Origin: a virus
DNA length: 64,000 nucleotides
Virus record (IMG/VR): IMGVR_UViG_3300002307_002134
Coordinates: 32,001-96,000 of that record
Direction: 5' to 3' (one strand)
The number at the start of each line of letters is the position of its first letter. Within the stretch, counting starts at the first letter, position 1. Both the position numbers and the translations under genes were made by a program. Of this stretch, positions 9,910-19,802 are shown piece by piece. The notes under the pieces were generated by a model. The model was given only the letters and a program-made list of their open reading frames with translations. It did no database searches and was not told the DNA's origin.

Positions 9910-9968
9910 GTACCAATACCTTTGTTACCGAAGCAACTCTGAACCTTATAAGGGGTCGGGACTGATAC
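9910..9968 (-). ncRNA. Candidate structured cis-regulatory leader RNA (three-way junction)
   Basis: GUAUCAGUCC/GGUAUUGGUAC closing stem, CCUU-AU-AAGG hairpin and GUUGC-UUCG-GUAAC hairpin; G-U pairs form only on the minus strand. Confidence 0.5.
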
Positions 9969-9984
9969 GTTAGTTAACGCTTTA

Positions 9985-10015
9985 CCAATATAATACAATA
10001 TTTTGGTTTGTCAAG
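9985..10015 (-). promoter_or_regulatory. Host-type promoter variant CTTG-N19-TATATTGG
   Basis: Motif directly upstream of the structured leader. Confidence 0.55.
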
Positions 10016-10256
10016 TGGTTTTATTACTTTTGTTTAAATTACCAAAATAAGATACATCATTGACCATTCTTGTTGTTGCCCATAGTGGTTGTGAATTACT
10101 TAAAGAATTGACTACATTCATTGGTGTGTCTTTATGAAATTTAGACACTGGTGTTTTGTGGTCAATATGCCATTCACCATAATTATCCCAAGTAATACCA
10201 TCAGTAAATAAAGCTTCAAGGTGTTGTTTAAGGTCTACCGCTGAATAACCTAATAA
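10011..10256 (-). pseudogene. C-terminal remnant of an HNH homing endonuclease
   Basis: LLGYSAVDLKQHLEALFTDGITWDNYGEWHIDHKTP...NSQPLW; an in-frame stop lies just upstream and there is no start codon. Confidence 0.75.
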
Positions 10257-10269
10257 ATATTATCGTTAT

Positions 10270-11676
10270 TTATAGGCCGCTTCTTAATTCGACCTGATTT
10301 ACAACATCAAATGAAATTATGTTTCTTAATGTAGTAACTTCGAGATTAGAAATAGCTTTAATATCAAGCTTATATGTATTGGGTATAAGACTAGCTGTAT
10401 CTAATAAGAAGTAATAATAGTTGTTGGCCATTTCTACTGGTTGGTAATCGATTACAGTAAGTTCACGAACACCTTCAGATACATATAATCTATATTTTAT
10501 TTCATCGATAGCTTGTGTTTGTTCAACAGTGTAAGGTATTCTAGCTGAAACAATAACTTTACGTATATCACCACGTTTGATTCTTTCTTTGTTTTGTAAT
10601 CCACCAATAGATACAGCAACTTTTTTAGGTAGCATATCATTGTTACCAATATTATAAAAACCAAATGAATCTTTAACTACAAAATCAAGGCTAATATTGG
10701 CTCTAGAAACCCCGTTTACTGTTATACCAGTCCACACATCATTATACATTGTTTCAACATTGGATGCGGTTGTTGGGACGTTGATATCAATTGAATAAAC
10801 TCCTAATGTTACATGGTTTACATCTGAAGGTGTATAGGCTGATAATAAAGTACCTATATTATCATAAACATTTACACTTGGAATATTATCCAAATTGGTT
10901 GGATTACCAGCTAAATTTACGTAAAGATATAATTTGTTTGGTTTATCCAAGAAAAAATTATTTCTATCATCAGTTATGTGTTTATCGTAAATTGTTTCAA
11001 CGTAAGGTTCATAAAATGTTTGTGTATTGTTTGTAAAGAACCCAACATATTGTAATGTTGTTGTATTCATTACTTCAAAAGGTCTAGTATAAGCAATACC
11101 TAAACCATAATTTGTATCTCCAGTCAATAAACCATTAACATAATCTGTAATGTCCATTTCTATATTTTCATTACCTTTATCAAAATGTTGTGTGGTTACT
11201 GTAATACCAGAAGGACTACCAGAATAAACACCAGTGCCATTACTCCAAGCAACACCTGTTTGGGCTTCAACCCAATTAGAAGCACCATTTGAAAAAGCAC
11301 CTTCACCTAAAATCAAAATTGGTATTTCATAGTCATATCCGACACCATTATCCCATGGTTGATTTATTTTAAATGCTATTAAATCAAATGAACTGGCTCT
11401 GTCTTTACCACCCATTGTACCGTTTAAATATGCTGTATCAAACGAAGCTGTATTGGTTAATCTAAGCGTATGTTTTAGTTTTGTTATATCAGTAAAAGTA
11501 CCACCAGTATATAAATTTTTTATTCTTGTTTCATCAAAATGAAATAAAAATCTACTATATTTTTGTTCACCAATAGCACCACCATAAAATAATTCAGCGA
11601 CTGGGTTTAAACCAGTGTTTACGTCTAGGTTGCTAACAATAGTGTTGTTTTTATCAAAAAATGTACGAATTACCAT
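10270..11676 (-). CDS. Probable virion structural protein (beta-rich, multi-domain)
   Basis: T/N/G-rich composition, late-promoter motif upstream, next to the gp5-like gene. Confidence 0.6.
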   Translation of the reverse strand: MVIRTFFDKNNTIVSNLDVNTGLNPVAELFYGGAIGEQKYSRFLFHFDETRIKNLYTGGTFTDITKLKHTLRLTNTASFDTAYLNGTMGGKDRASSFDLIAFKINQPWDNGVGYDYEIPILILGEGAFSNGASNWVEAQTGVAWSNGTGVYSGSPSGITVTTQHFDKGNENIEMDITDYVNGLLTGDTNYGLGIAYTRPFEVMNTTTLQYVGFFTNNTQTFYEPYVETIYDKHITDDRNNFFLDKPNKLYLYVNLAGNPTNLDNIPSVNVYDNIGTLLSAYTPSDVNHVTLGVYSIDINVPTTASNVETMYNDVWTGITVNGVSRANISLDFVVKDSFGFYNIGNNDMLPKKVAVSIGGLQNKERIKRGDIRKVIVSARIPYTVEQTQAIDEIKYRLYVSEGVRELTVIDYQPVEMANNYYYFLLDTASLIPNTYKLDIKAISNLEVTTLRNIISFDVVNQVELRSGL

Positions 11677-11707
11677 GTTTTTTTTATTAATAAATATATG
11701 AAAACCC

Positions 11708-12709
11708 TTAATTAATACGAATGTTTTTAGATAACATGGATTTTTCTAAATCATCAGCTTTTGCCTTGAACGCCGCTATTGATTGTTTATTTCCATCTGT
11801 AACTAAATCAGTTGCTGGATTTCCACTTCCATTATGAACATGGTTAAACAAGGCTTCTTTCATAAGAATCAGATATTGTAATAAAACATCACCAAATGGC
11901 AACTGATGAGCTTGGTCTAGTATATTTGCTAATTCATCATCACTAATTAAATTATCTTGATTGGTCACATCAAATCTTGGGCTTCCATCAGCATGTGTAA
12001 TAAGATTTATTTTACTGCCAACAATGTTTGTAACTGAACCTCTTTGTTCATCTTGGTTATTTGATTTAGGTACAACAATTACATCATTTTTTATTTGAAT
12101 ATATCCTTGAGTTTTTGCATTAAATTTAAAAGGGTAAGGGTTATTATCATTAGGTAATGATGTTTCAAATTTACCAGCCCTAATAACAACCTCATTATTT
12201 TTTTGAGTTATATCAGTATTATACCTACCTTGAATTGATATTTCATCACTTTTAGGGAATACACCATTTAATTCCGCAATTTGGCTTGGATTTATATTAG
12301 GTTCTGCTGGGGCAAAACTAAATCCAGCCAAAGCTGAAAATAAAAATGGGTCGTTGTTTAATAATGGTAATTGAGAAATTATTGGACCAATGTATAATCT
12401 ATCAACATTTTGTTGATATTTACTAAAAGTAAATATAAGTACTACTTCACCTAGTTTAGGTGTTATTGATAAATGTTTTGGTAGCATTGGAAAACACCAA
12501 GGTAAATTATCATCTGTTGTATCACCATCACCGCCTTGAGATATTGGACCTTTAATATATACTTTTATTCTGCCCAAACCTTTATTAACAGTAGGACCTC
12601 CATCATCTTCAATAACTTTAACAACACCATATCGTATGTTAGGTGTTATATCTATATGGTCATATAGATTGGTTTCATTTCTAAGTATTTTTGAAGTACT
12701 ATTATCCAT
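11708..12709 (-). CDS. Baseplate hub/central spike (gp5/gpV-like)
   Basis: N-terminal OB-fold signature GRIKV...LPWCFP...PKLGEVV and C-terminal HVH motif. Confidence 0.7.
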   Translation of the reverse strand: MDNSTSKILRNETNLYDHIDITPNIRYGVVKVIEDDGGPTVNKGLGRIKVYIKGPISQGGDGDTTDDNLPWCFPMLPKHLSITPKLGEVVLIFTFSKYQQNVDRLYIGPIISQLPLLNNDPFLFSALAGFSFAPAEPNINPSQIAELNGVFPKSDEISIQGRYNTDITQKNNEVVIRAGKFETSLPNDNNPYPFKFNAKTQGYIQIKNDVIVVPKSNNQDEQRGSVTNIVGSKINLITHADGSPRFDVTNQDNLISDDELANILDQAHQLPFGDVLLQYLILMKEALFNHVHNGSGNPATDLVTDGNKQSIAAFKAKADDLEKSMLSKNIRIN

Positions 12710-12710
12710 A

Positions 12711-12887
12711 TTATTCGCCTTTCAATCTTTTTAAGATTATTTTATTAGCTCTTTCAAATTTTTTTTCAATTTCTTCCATTTTATCATAATCTTTAAGCAT
12801 TTTTAATTTCAATGCTTCATAATCGGCTTCCATTTGTTTAATTTCAAAAAGTATTTCGTTGTTTGATTTGTTTTCTAAGTCATCCAT
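12711..12887 (-). CDS. Small coiled-coil protein (58 aa, MDDLENKSNNEIL...)
   Basis: Manual translation; fills the gap between neighbouring genes. Confidence 0.7.
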   Translation of the reverse strand: MDDLENKSNNEILFEIKQMEADYEALKLKMLKDYDKMEEIEKKFERANKIILKRLKGE

Positions 12888-12900
12888 AATTATTATTTTA

Positions 12901-13335
12901 TTATCTTATTATACCGTCTCCAATACCCATAGCTGTTGTGGCACCTTGTGAAACCACAGGTGCACCTAAATTACCGACACCTACTGTTAATACTGATACG
13001 CCTGGTGGGATAACAACATCAACTTTAGCTTCATTTAATAAAGCATCAATGATTGCTTGAGCCCTTATGACTTCCATTGCTTCTTCAACATTAGGGCCGT
13101 CAGCAAATACATCACCCACAACTCTACCAGTATTGGATTGTTTGCTTATAATTTCAGATGCAATGCTTTCTGCCGAAAGTCCAGGACGTAATTTAGCTCC
13201 AACCATAATAAGTGGTGGTGGCAAAGGTTCAACTGGTGTTTGTGGTATTGAAAACGCACTTAATATTATATTTAACACTCCATTTATTGATGAAGTATTA
13301 AATCCAGAAGTTGGTATTGGTTTTGTGTCTGCCAT
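12901..13335 (-). CDS. Hypothetical, probable baseplate/virion protein
   Basis: Pro/Gly-rich; in the operon with the gp5-like gene. Confidence 0.55.
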   Translation of the reverse strand: MADTKPIPTSGFNTSSINGVLNIILSAFSIPQTPVEPLPPPLIMVGAKLRPGLSAESIASEIISKQSNTGRVVGDVFADGPNVEEAMEVIRAQAIIDALLNEAKVDVVIPPGVSVLTVGVGNLGAPVVSQGATTAMGIGDGIIR

Positions 13336-14756
13336 TATAATAAATTATCTAATATTTTTTTTATTGTATCTGTTGGTATTCCGATAAGACTTTGTAATTG
13401 AGCCAATCTATTAACAGCTTTTTCTTTTTGTCTTTTAACAATTTTAGCCGCTACTAAAGATGATATTTCTCTTAAAGCTATAGCCAATAGAATTTTTATC
13501 AATTCTTCAGCTATAACTTTCATAATATTATTCATTAAGTTTTTATTCTTTTTGATAAAATCTATAGCATCAGTAAATGTAGCTGTTGGACCATAAACTA
13601 TTTTGTAGTTGATAACAAATGAAAAAATAACTTTTGGTGATAAAAATATATTGACAATTGCTTTAATCATACTACTAATAATCTGTTGTATGAAATTAAG
13701 TTTAACTGTTGGTACATCAATTTTACTTGGTACATTTAAAGCACTAACATTGGCCATTTTATTTAAGTGGTTAGTCAATGCATCTTTCTTTTGAAGAGTT
13801 GTTGATGCATTTGCCATATCAATATTAAAATTGGTTAAGTTACTGATAGGTACACTAGAACTAACTTTATTTGATGTATCAACACTGATGGACCCTTTCT
13901 TTCTGTTTATAGCTTCTAACTGATGAGCGTAAGTTTCTTCTTTTGAAAAATTAAAAGCAGAATCATTTATAGGATTTTTATTAACGTTGTTAACCATTTT
14001 GTCAACAATAGTATTAATCTTAGCTTCGTTTTCTAATTGTTTTAATGACTTTCCAATTGTAGAAGAAATTGAACCATAAATAACATCCATTATCTTATTG
14101 ACGATGTTTTCAGTACTAAGCAATGTTAGGCTATCTACAAAGTCATTGTTAAGGTTAGTAAGTGTTTTGGAGTTATAAGCTGGGTTGGCTTTGATGGTCA
14201 ACGTGTTGTTCGGGTTACCACCTGTACCTAATGAATTAAATGTGATGTCAAATATATTACGCCATGTATGCGTATTACCATCGTCTTGTATTACAGCGTA
14301 TAAAAATGTATTGAAATCAGAACTATTAATCAACGGTGTTGTTACATCATTATAAAGTAATTTACCACCTACAGAATTTGGGTCAGTTCTTAATATATCT
14401 ATAAAATCTATTTTATGTACTTCAATTACTATTCCGTTACCAGTTGATTGCATCCATGACGGCAAGTGTGGGTCAACACCACAACTTACAATAGTTTTAA
14501 GCTCCAACTTTAAAGCTTTTTTTATTCCATGTTCTATTTTAGGTATTGAATTGGTTAGAGTATCTACAACAACACTAACAAAAACTTCATAACCTACCAA
14601 AGATTTAATTAAATCAGTAAGAAAAGAGATAGAATCACCATTATTATTGATGGATGGAAATGAAGAACTAAGTTTTAACTTAGGTAATCCTTGTGTTAAA
14701 GTTTTAGCAGCTGCAATTTTTCCAAAAACTTGTTTTTTCTTATCAATTAATGACAT
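13335..14756 (-). CDS. Hypothetical, probable virion protein
   Basis: Long ORF overlapping the start of the next gene. Confidence 0.6.
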   Translation of the reverse strand: MSLIDKKKQVFGKIAAAKTLTQGLPKLKLSSSFPSINNNGDSISFLTDLIKSLVGYEVFVSVVVDTLTNSIPKIEHGIKKALKLELKTIVSCGVDPHLPSWMQSTGNGIVIEVHKIDFIDILRTDPNSVGGKLLYNDVTTPLINSSDFNTFLYAVIQDDGNTHTWRNIFDITFNSLGTGGNPNNTLTIKANPAYNSKTLTNLNNDFVDSLTLLSTENIVNKIMDVIYGSISSTIGKSLKQLENEAKINTIVDKMVNNVNKNPINDSAFNFSKEETYAHQLEAINRKKGSISVDTSNKVSSSVPISNLTNFNIDMANASTTLQKKDALTNHLNKMANVSALNVPSKIDVPTVKLNFIQQIISSMIKAIVNIFLSPKVIFSFVINYKIVYGPTATFTDAIDFIKKNKNLMNNIMKVIAEELIKILLAIALREISSLVAAKIVKRQKEKAVNRLAQLQSLIGIPTDTIKKILDNLL

Positions 14757-14758
14757 AA

Positions 14759-15151
14759 TTATTCAATTTCTGTTTCGTTATCGGTATCAGAATTGGAATT
14801 TTTAAGCATTTCTCTAATTGATTTGAAATCACTTAGTGATGCGGCTCCATTACTTCTTTCTGAAATAGTTGAATCAACATCACCACGATTTTTAATAATA
14901 TCACTTTGGAGTTTAGCCAACTCTAATTTTACTCTAATAGCGGAATCTTTAACCTTTAAAAGACCAGCCTTTTCTTTGGCAATCTTGGTCAAATCATCAA
15001 CATCAGTTGGATTGGCACTTGAGGACAACTCATTTATGGTTTTTTGAGCATCATTAATTTGTAAACAAGCATCATTATAAGTTTCTTGCATAAGACCTTC
15101 TAATGATTCGGTATCGTTTACTTTTACATCTTGTCGTTTTTTTCTTGGCAT
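14759..15151 (-). CDS. Hypothetical coiled-coil protein
   Basis: GTATTTAT motif upstream. Confidence 0.6.
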   Translation of the reverse strand: MPRKKRQDVKVNDTESLEGLMQETYNDACLQINDAQKTINELSSSANPTDVDDLTKIAKEKAGLLKVKDSAIRVKLELAKLQSDIIKNRGDVDSTISERSNGAASLSDFKSIREMLKNSNSDTDNETEIE

Positions 15152-15202
15152 AGCTATTTGTTTTACTATAAATACCTTGAAAACTGGTTTTATTGCAATT
15201 GT

Positions 15203-15928
15203 CTATAAACCATGATTTTTTAATAAATCATAAAGTTCTTTGTATCTTTTCATGGCTAATCTAATATCTTTAGTGGATAAATTGGTATAATTTCTCATGG
15301 TTTCCAAAACAGAATTTTTATTGTATTTGGCACCACCATTCATTGATTCAAAAGCAGTTTCCCAATTTTCAAGTATTTCTATAAGGGCATAACCTACTTT
15401 TTTTTCATTATCACTTAGTTTCTTTTTTGGTATTTTATTTTGGTCATTCAACTCTTCTTTTATACCGTCCGTAATTTTTTTAATAAAATCATCCATTGAA
15501 AAAACATCATCGTCCATAACATAAGACATATCACTTCTTTCTTCTAAATCATCGGATATATCTTCATAAGAAGCTGTTTGCTTCGTGTACTTTTCATCTT
15601 TAATAAGTAATCCTAAAATATAGTTTTTACTTATTGTGCCAAAGTAAGAATAAGCTTTTTTACCTCTCCCCCTTTCGAACTTATGTACTTTTGTCATTAA
15701 GAAAGAAACTGTGTCACTATGAAGTTCATCAAAAGTTTCACCTTTTCTATATAATTTGTACCTTCTAATTATCGATTCAATCATCTTATCAAGCGGTGCT
15801 TTTAACCACTCGTTAAAAATTTGATTCCTTTCTGTTTCGTCTGTTGATTCTAAAAATTTAATAACGGCTTCTTCTTCATTTGGACCAAAATACATCTCAT
15901 TTGTTCTTTTGCGTCCCCTTTTAACCAT
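15203..15928 (-). CDS. Late-transcription sigma factor (T4 gp55-like)
   Basis: N-terminal YF motif, KMIESII, and region-2-like HKF...KAYSYFGTISKNY. Confidence 0.65.
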   Translation of the reverse strand: MVKRGRKRTNEMYFGPNEEEAVIKFLESTDETERNQIFNEWLKAPLDKMIESIIRRYKLYRKGETFDELHSDTVSFLMTKVHKFERGRGKKAYSYFGTISKNYILGLLIKDEKYTKQTASYEDISDDLEERSDMSYVMDDDVFSMDDFIKKITDGIKEELNDQNKIPKKKLSDNEKKVGYALIEILENWETAFESMNGGAKYNKNSVLETMRNYTNLSTKDIRLAMKRYKELYDLLKNHGL

Positions 15929-16729
15929 TTATACTAATTGTTCACTATACGTTATTTTTCTGTCTTTAGCAAAATAATATTCTTTTTTAGCCTGTGCCAA
16001 CCACCATCTAGCTTCACTAGGGTTAATTGTTTCTTTATATGTTGCAAACAAAGAACCTACCCTTTGATTTACGTGTTTATACCCAAACCTAGGGATTACC
16101 ATGGTTTTAACTGATTTGAACGTCATACGCAACAAAAATTCATAAATAAATGTTAATTTTATGCTTGATTTAAAACCACCGAATGCTTCATAAACTGATT
16201 TTTTCATTACAATTCCGTCAATGTTAAAGTTTTGATAGGTTAGTAATGCATTATTATCCAAAATGCCTAATTCATCTGAAAAGCTTTGAGCCCAAACAGC
16301 TTCATTGGTTAAACCGATAAACTGGCCAGATGCATCTACGTCTACAACGATAGGCATAAATATTTCAACATCAGTGTGAGCTGCCCTATATTCAACAACA
16401 TTTTTAAACCAGATGTTGGCATATTCATCATCAAATTCTAAAATACTAAACCAATCTGATTTACTAGTTTTAACACCAAAATCAATTTGAGTTGCAAAAT
16501 CTGTTTCACCATCATTCTCAGCAATGGTTATGTTTGAAGTATAATCACCAAAATCCAATGATTTAATATAAGTAGCTACTTCACTATCTTTAGGTACTAC
16601 AATAACCAATTCGTCTGGTCTTACAGTTTGTGATTTTACACTTTGAACAGCATTGTCAAAAAGTGTTTTGGTTTCATCATTTAACTCATGAACTGGTAAT
16701 ATAACAGAAATATTATTTTTTTCTTTCAT
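15929..16729 (-). CDS. Glycosyltransferase, GT-A/GT2-like
   Basis: ISVILPV...SVKSQT..PDELVIV and EFDD motifs. Confidence 0.8.
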   Translation of the reverse strand: MKEKNNISVILPVHELNDETKTLFDNAVQSVKSQTVRPDELVIVVPKDSEVATYIKSLDFGDYTSNITIAENDGETDFATQIDFGVKTSKSDWFSILEFDDEYANIWFKNVVEYRAAHTDVEIFMPIVVDVDASGQFIGLTNEAVWAQSFSDELGILDNNALLTYQNFNIDGIVMKKSVYEAFGGFKSSIKLTFIYEFLLRMTFKSVKTMVIPRFGYKHVNQRVGSLFATYKETINPSEARWWLAQAKKEYYFAKDRKITYSEQLV

Positions 16730-16744
16730 TTTATTTTAATTTAA

Positions 16745-17893
16745 TTAAACGTTAGTTTTTTCTTTGATTTGTTCTTCTAGACTAGAAATAATATTTTTAA
16801 ATTCTCCAATTCTTCCTGTTAACAAACCACCATATACGTTTGATAGGGCTTCTTTTTGTTTTTCACTTGTGTATTGGCCTTTGCTTTCTTTGATACTGTT
16901 AATCATTTCATTTGGTACTGAATCTTCTAACCAAACCTTGATGTAAGTTGCAATTAATTCTGGAATATTTATTGTAGTGTTTGTCCAAACACCATTATTT
17001 TTAATAGAATAGTTACCTTCATCATCTTTTGTTTCCATCCATTCTGGGATTAGATTTGGCATTTTACCAATTACTGGCGTTTCACATTCCATAGCTTCCA
17101 ATGGAAACGTACCGAATCCAGATTGGTCATCGACCCATACTGCCAAACAAGATTTTGCCAATTCAGTAGCAAATTGTTGTCTAGGTAATCCTCTCAATTC
17201 TTTAAAAGTAATCCATTTATATACAGGAAATTGCAAATAAAAAGATTTTGCAATTTTAGCGGCATCTCCTTGATTTCTAGTTAAAATGCTAACAAGTGGA
17301 ATCTTAGGTTTATCGCTATTTTTGAAATAACTAGGTATTGATACAGGTACAACATATGTTCTGATTGATGGGAACAGATTGTTTACATACTGGGCTTGTT
17401 TAAAGCTTGTGGTAATTACATCATGAAACCCATAATCTGTATTCCATCTTTTACCTATAGGAAGTAGTTCTAATAGGTAGTCATAACTTTGTGAGAACAC
17501 AATTTTTTTGCATGGAAAAGTTTTTATTTGGTCCATAATATTTGAAAATATTTCTGGAATAACAATAAAATCAGCTGGACTGATATTAAGTTGTTGACCT
17601 TCGATTGATACGTGAGGCAAAGCTGCGTATTCTTCTCCTAACCAATCAGCAATGCCTTGTCCATTGTTGTCACCTCTTAATTTATAATCATTTTTTTCAT
17701 GAAGGATAACCGCATCATAACCTAATTCAATTAATAGTTTTACATGTTCGTAAATGTTAGCAATACCAGCTGTTGGATTTCCTTTGGTGTCCAAAGTAAA
17801 AAAGTATATTTTGAAATCTTTGTTTTCTAATTTTTCAATAACCCCTTTAGCTTGGCTAATTTGGTCTTCAAATTGTTTTAAATTTTCTGCCAT
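16745..17893 (-). CDS. Glycosyltransferase, GT-B/GT4-like
   Basis: SGFGTFPLEAMECETPVIG motif. Confidence 0.75.
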   Translation of the reverse strand: MAENLKQFEDQISQAKGVIEKLENKDFKIYFFTLDTKGNPTAGIANIYEHVKLLIELGYDAVILHEKNDYKLRGDNNGQGIADWLGEEYAALPHVSIEGQQLNISPADFIVIPEIFSNIMDQIKTFPCKKIVFSQSYDYLLELLPIGKRWNTDYGFHDVITTSFKQAQYVNNLFPSIRTYVVPVSIPSYFKNSDKPKIPLVSILTRNQGDAAKIAKSFYLQFPVYKWITFKELRGLPRQQFATELAKSCLAVWVDDQSGFGTFPLEAMECETPVIGKMPNLIPEWMETKDDEGNYSIKNNGVWTNTTINIPELIATYIKVWLEDSVPNEMINSIKESKGQYTSEKQKEALSNVYGGLLTGRIGEFKNIISSLEEQIKEKTNV

Positions 17894-17913
17894 ATTTTTG
17901 TTTTTTTTTTAGT

Positions 17914-18273
17914 TTATAATTCTTTTTCTTTTAGTATACCATAATTGTATAAGGTATTAAAAGCTAATTTGTAAGATAAAGGCATTTTTTCTAATGCTCT
18001 TTCGGCACCCAATGAAGTATCTGATTCATCTTCGTAATCTAGAACTATTTCAAGCATTGTTCTTATTACTTCAAATTTTGCAGTATCGATTTCTTTACCT
18101 CTAGGTGCTGATGTTTCATATTCTTCAATAGCAAGAATATTACCATCACCATCTTTCATTATTTTTTTTTCATTTGATGTTACTAAATCTGTTGGTTTAA
18201 GACCATTTGGGGCTAAAACTTTGTCAAAAGCAGATAAATCAATATAATAAAATGTTTCACCGAATTCTATCAT
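17914..18273 (-). CDS. Hypothetical protein
   Basis: ORF in the operon. Confidence 0.65.
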   Translation of the reverse strand: MIEFGETFYYIDLSAFDKVLAPNGLKPTDLVTSNEKKIMKDGDGNILAIEEYETSAPRGKEIDTAKFEVIRTMLEIVLDYEDESDTSLGAERALEKMPLSYKLAFNTLYNYGILKEKEL

Positions 18274-18277
18274 GTTC

Positions 18278-18883
18278 TTAAATTTCTTCGTAAGTAGTTG
18301 TTATTGTTGGTTTTAATATTTTATTTCGTAGTTCTTCATCTTTAAAGAAATCTAGAATTGAATCAATTTCATAATCAGCTTTAGCGTCTGTATTGTAATT
18401 TGTTTTTACTTTAACACTTATTTTTCCAGCTGGTTTTGCTTCTAAAGCTTTTGGGTTTGCCGTAATTAAAACATCGACATTATTCCATTTTTGTTCGTAT
18501 TTTTTTACAAATCTAATATTGGTTGGTCTGGCACCTGTTTTAGATAGAAAGAAAAATGTTGACGGGATAGCTTTGTTTACTTCTCGGCTAACCAGTTCTA
18601 TTTCATGTTCTCCTTCATATTCAATGTCTATTAAAAATTCATTGAATCGGTTGATGATGCCATCATGTAATTGGTCAGCATGACCAAAAATTTCTAGAGG
18701 TGCTTCCAAATAAAGGAAGTTGTTAAATTTGTCAACACTATCAAATTTAAAAAACTCCATCAAATCAAAGTTTGTTACATCTTTAACAGTAATATTTGTT
18801 TCAGCAATGTACTTGTTATAAGTGTAAGCAAATTGGCCGATAAAGTCTCTTAGTACCTCGTTTAGACTAATTGCTATTTTCAT
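18278..18883 (-). CDS. 5'(3')-deoxyribonucleotidase-like HAD fold with a degenerate catalytic motif
   Basis: MKIAISLNEVLRDF resembles IAIDxDxVLxDF but lacks both Asp residues. Confidence 0.5.
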   Translation of the reverse strand: MKIAISLNEVLRDFIGQFAYTYNKYIAETNITVKDVTNFDLMEFFKFDSVDKFNNFLYLEAPLEIFGHADQLHDGIINRFNEFLIDIEYEGEHEIELVSREVNKAIPSTFFFLSKTGARPTNIRFVKKYEQKWNNVDVLITANPKALEAKPAGKISVKVKTNYNTDAKADYEIDSILDFFKDEELRNKILKPTITTTYEEI

Positions 18884-18932
18884 GTAACCAATTTAATGGT
18901 TAACCCTAAATAAGTAAAGTAAAAGGAAATTA

Positions 18933-19751
18933 TTACTTAAATATTTTTAAAAATTTTTCAAACCAATTTAATTTTTTATGTTTTTCAAATTTTATTTCTT
19001 TTGGTTTTTCTGTTGGCTCTTTAAAAATATTAATAAAATAACTGGTTAATCTATGTCTAACTATATCGGTTTCATTAAATTCAACAACATCAACACCATC
19101 GATAGGGTGTTTTTTAACTCTAGAAACCAAACGCTCAAGAGAGCTATCTTTTTTATTTTTGATATCAATTTGTTCACAGTCACCCAATATAATTGTTTTG
19201 GTATTGTCTGAAAATCTAGTAAGAAATGTTTTGGCATTATCGTGACTAATATTTTGAAATTCATCCACAATCAATATAACATTTTCGAATGACCTGCCAC
19301 GGATGGCCCCAAAAACTTCAAAATCAATCAATTTAGCCTCCATTAATTTGCTAGTGTTTGTTTCACCTATTAGTTTATAAAAAGCATCCATAAATGACAT
19401 CATATGGAATTTAAGTTTTTCTTTTTCATCACCTGGTAAAATACCCAATTCTTCATTTTTAAGTTGGGTAATTGATTTCACCAATTTAATTTGTTTATAT
19501 TTTTCTGGATATGTCTTTAGAAGCATAAGGGCTTCAAAAACACTCAATAGAGTTTTTCCAGTACCAGCAGGACCAGTACATATTGTTACATCATTTTTCT
19601 TGATGGATTGGGTAAGTTTCTTTTGGGGTTCATTTTTATGTTTAATATCAAATTTTAAAGTAAAAAGTAGATTATTGTTAAAACCTGTTATAATATCTGA
19701 GATATCTTCATTTTGTTTTTTAGCTCTGGTAACAGATGGTTTTCTACCCAT
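18933..19751 (-). CDS. phoH: PhoH-like ATPase
   Basis: GPAGTGKT, LGILPG, IRGRSF, DEFQN and GDxxQID motifs. Confidence 0.92.
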   Translation of the reverse strand: MGRKPSVTRAKKQNEDISDIITGFNNNLLFTLKFDIKHKNEPQKKLTQSIKKNDVTICTGPAGTGKTLLSVFEALMLLKTYPEKYKQIKLVKSITQLKNEELGILPGDEKEKLKFHMMSFMDAFYKLIGETNTSKLMEAKLIDFEVFGAIRGRSFENVILIVDEFQNISHDNAKTFLTRFSDNTKTIILGDCEQIDIKNKKDSSLERLVSRVKKHPIDGVDVVEFNETDIVRHRLTSYFINIFKEPTEKPKEIKFEKHKKLNWFEKFLKIFK

Positions 19752-19802
19752 GTATTTGTTTTCTAATAAATATCTTAAACAGTAAAGATGTTCAAATTTT
19801 TA

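Noticed and set aside
9910-9968. tRNA, hammerhead ribozyme or terminator
   Set aside because: No cloverleaf or T-loop, no CUGANGA/GAAA core on the folding strand, and no U-tract. No tRNA or rRNA genes were seen elsewhere in the window.
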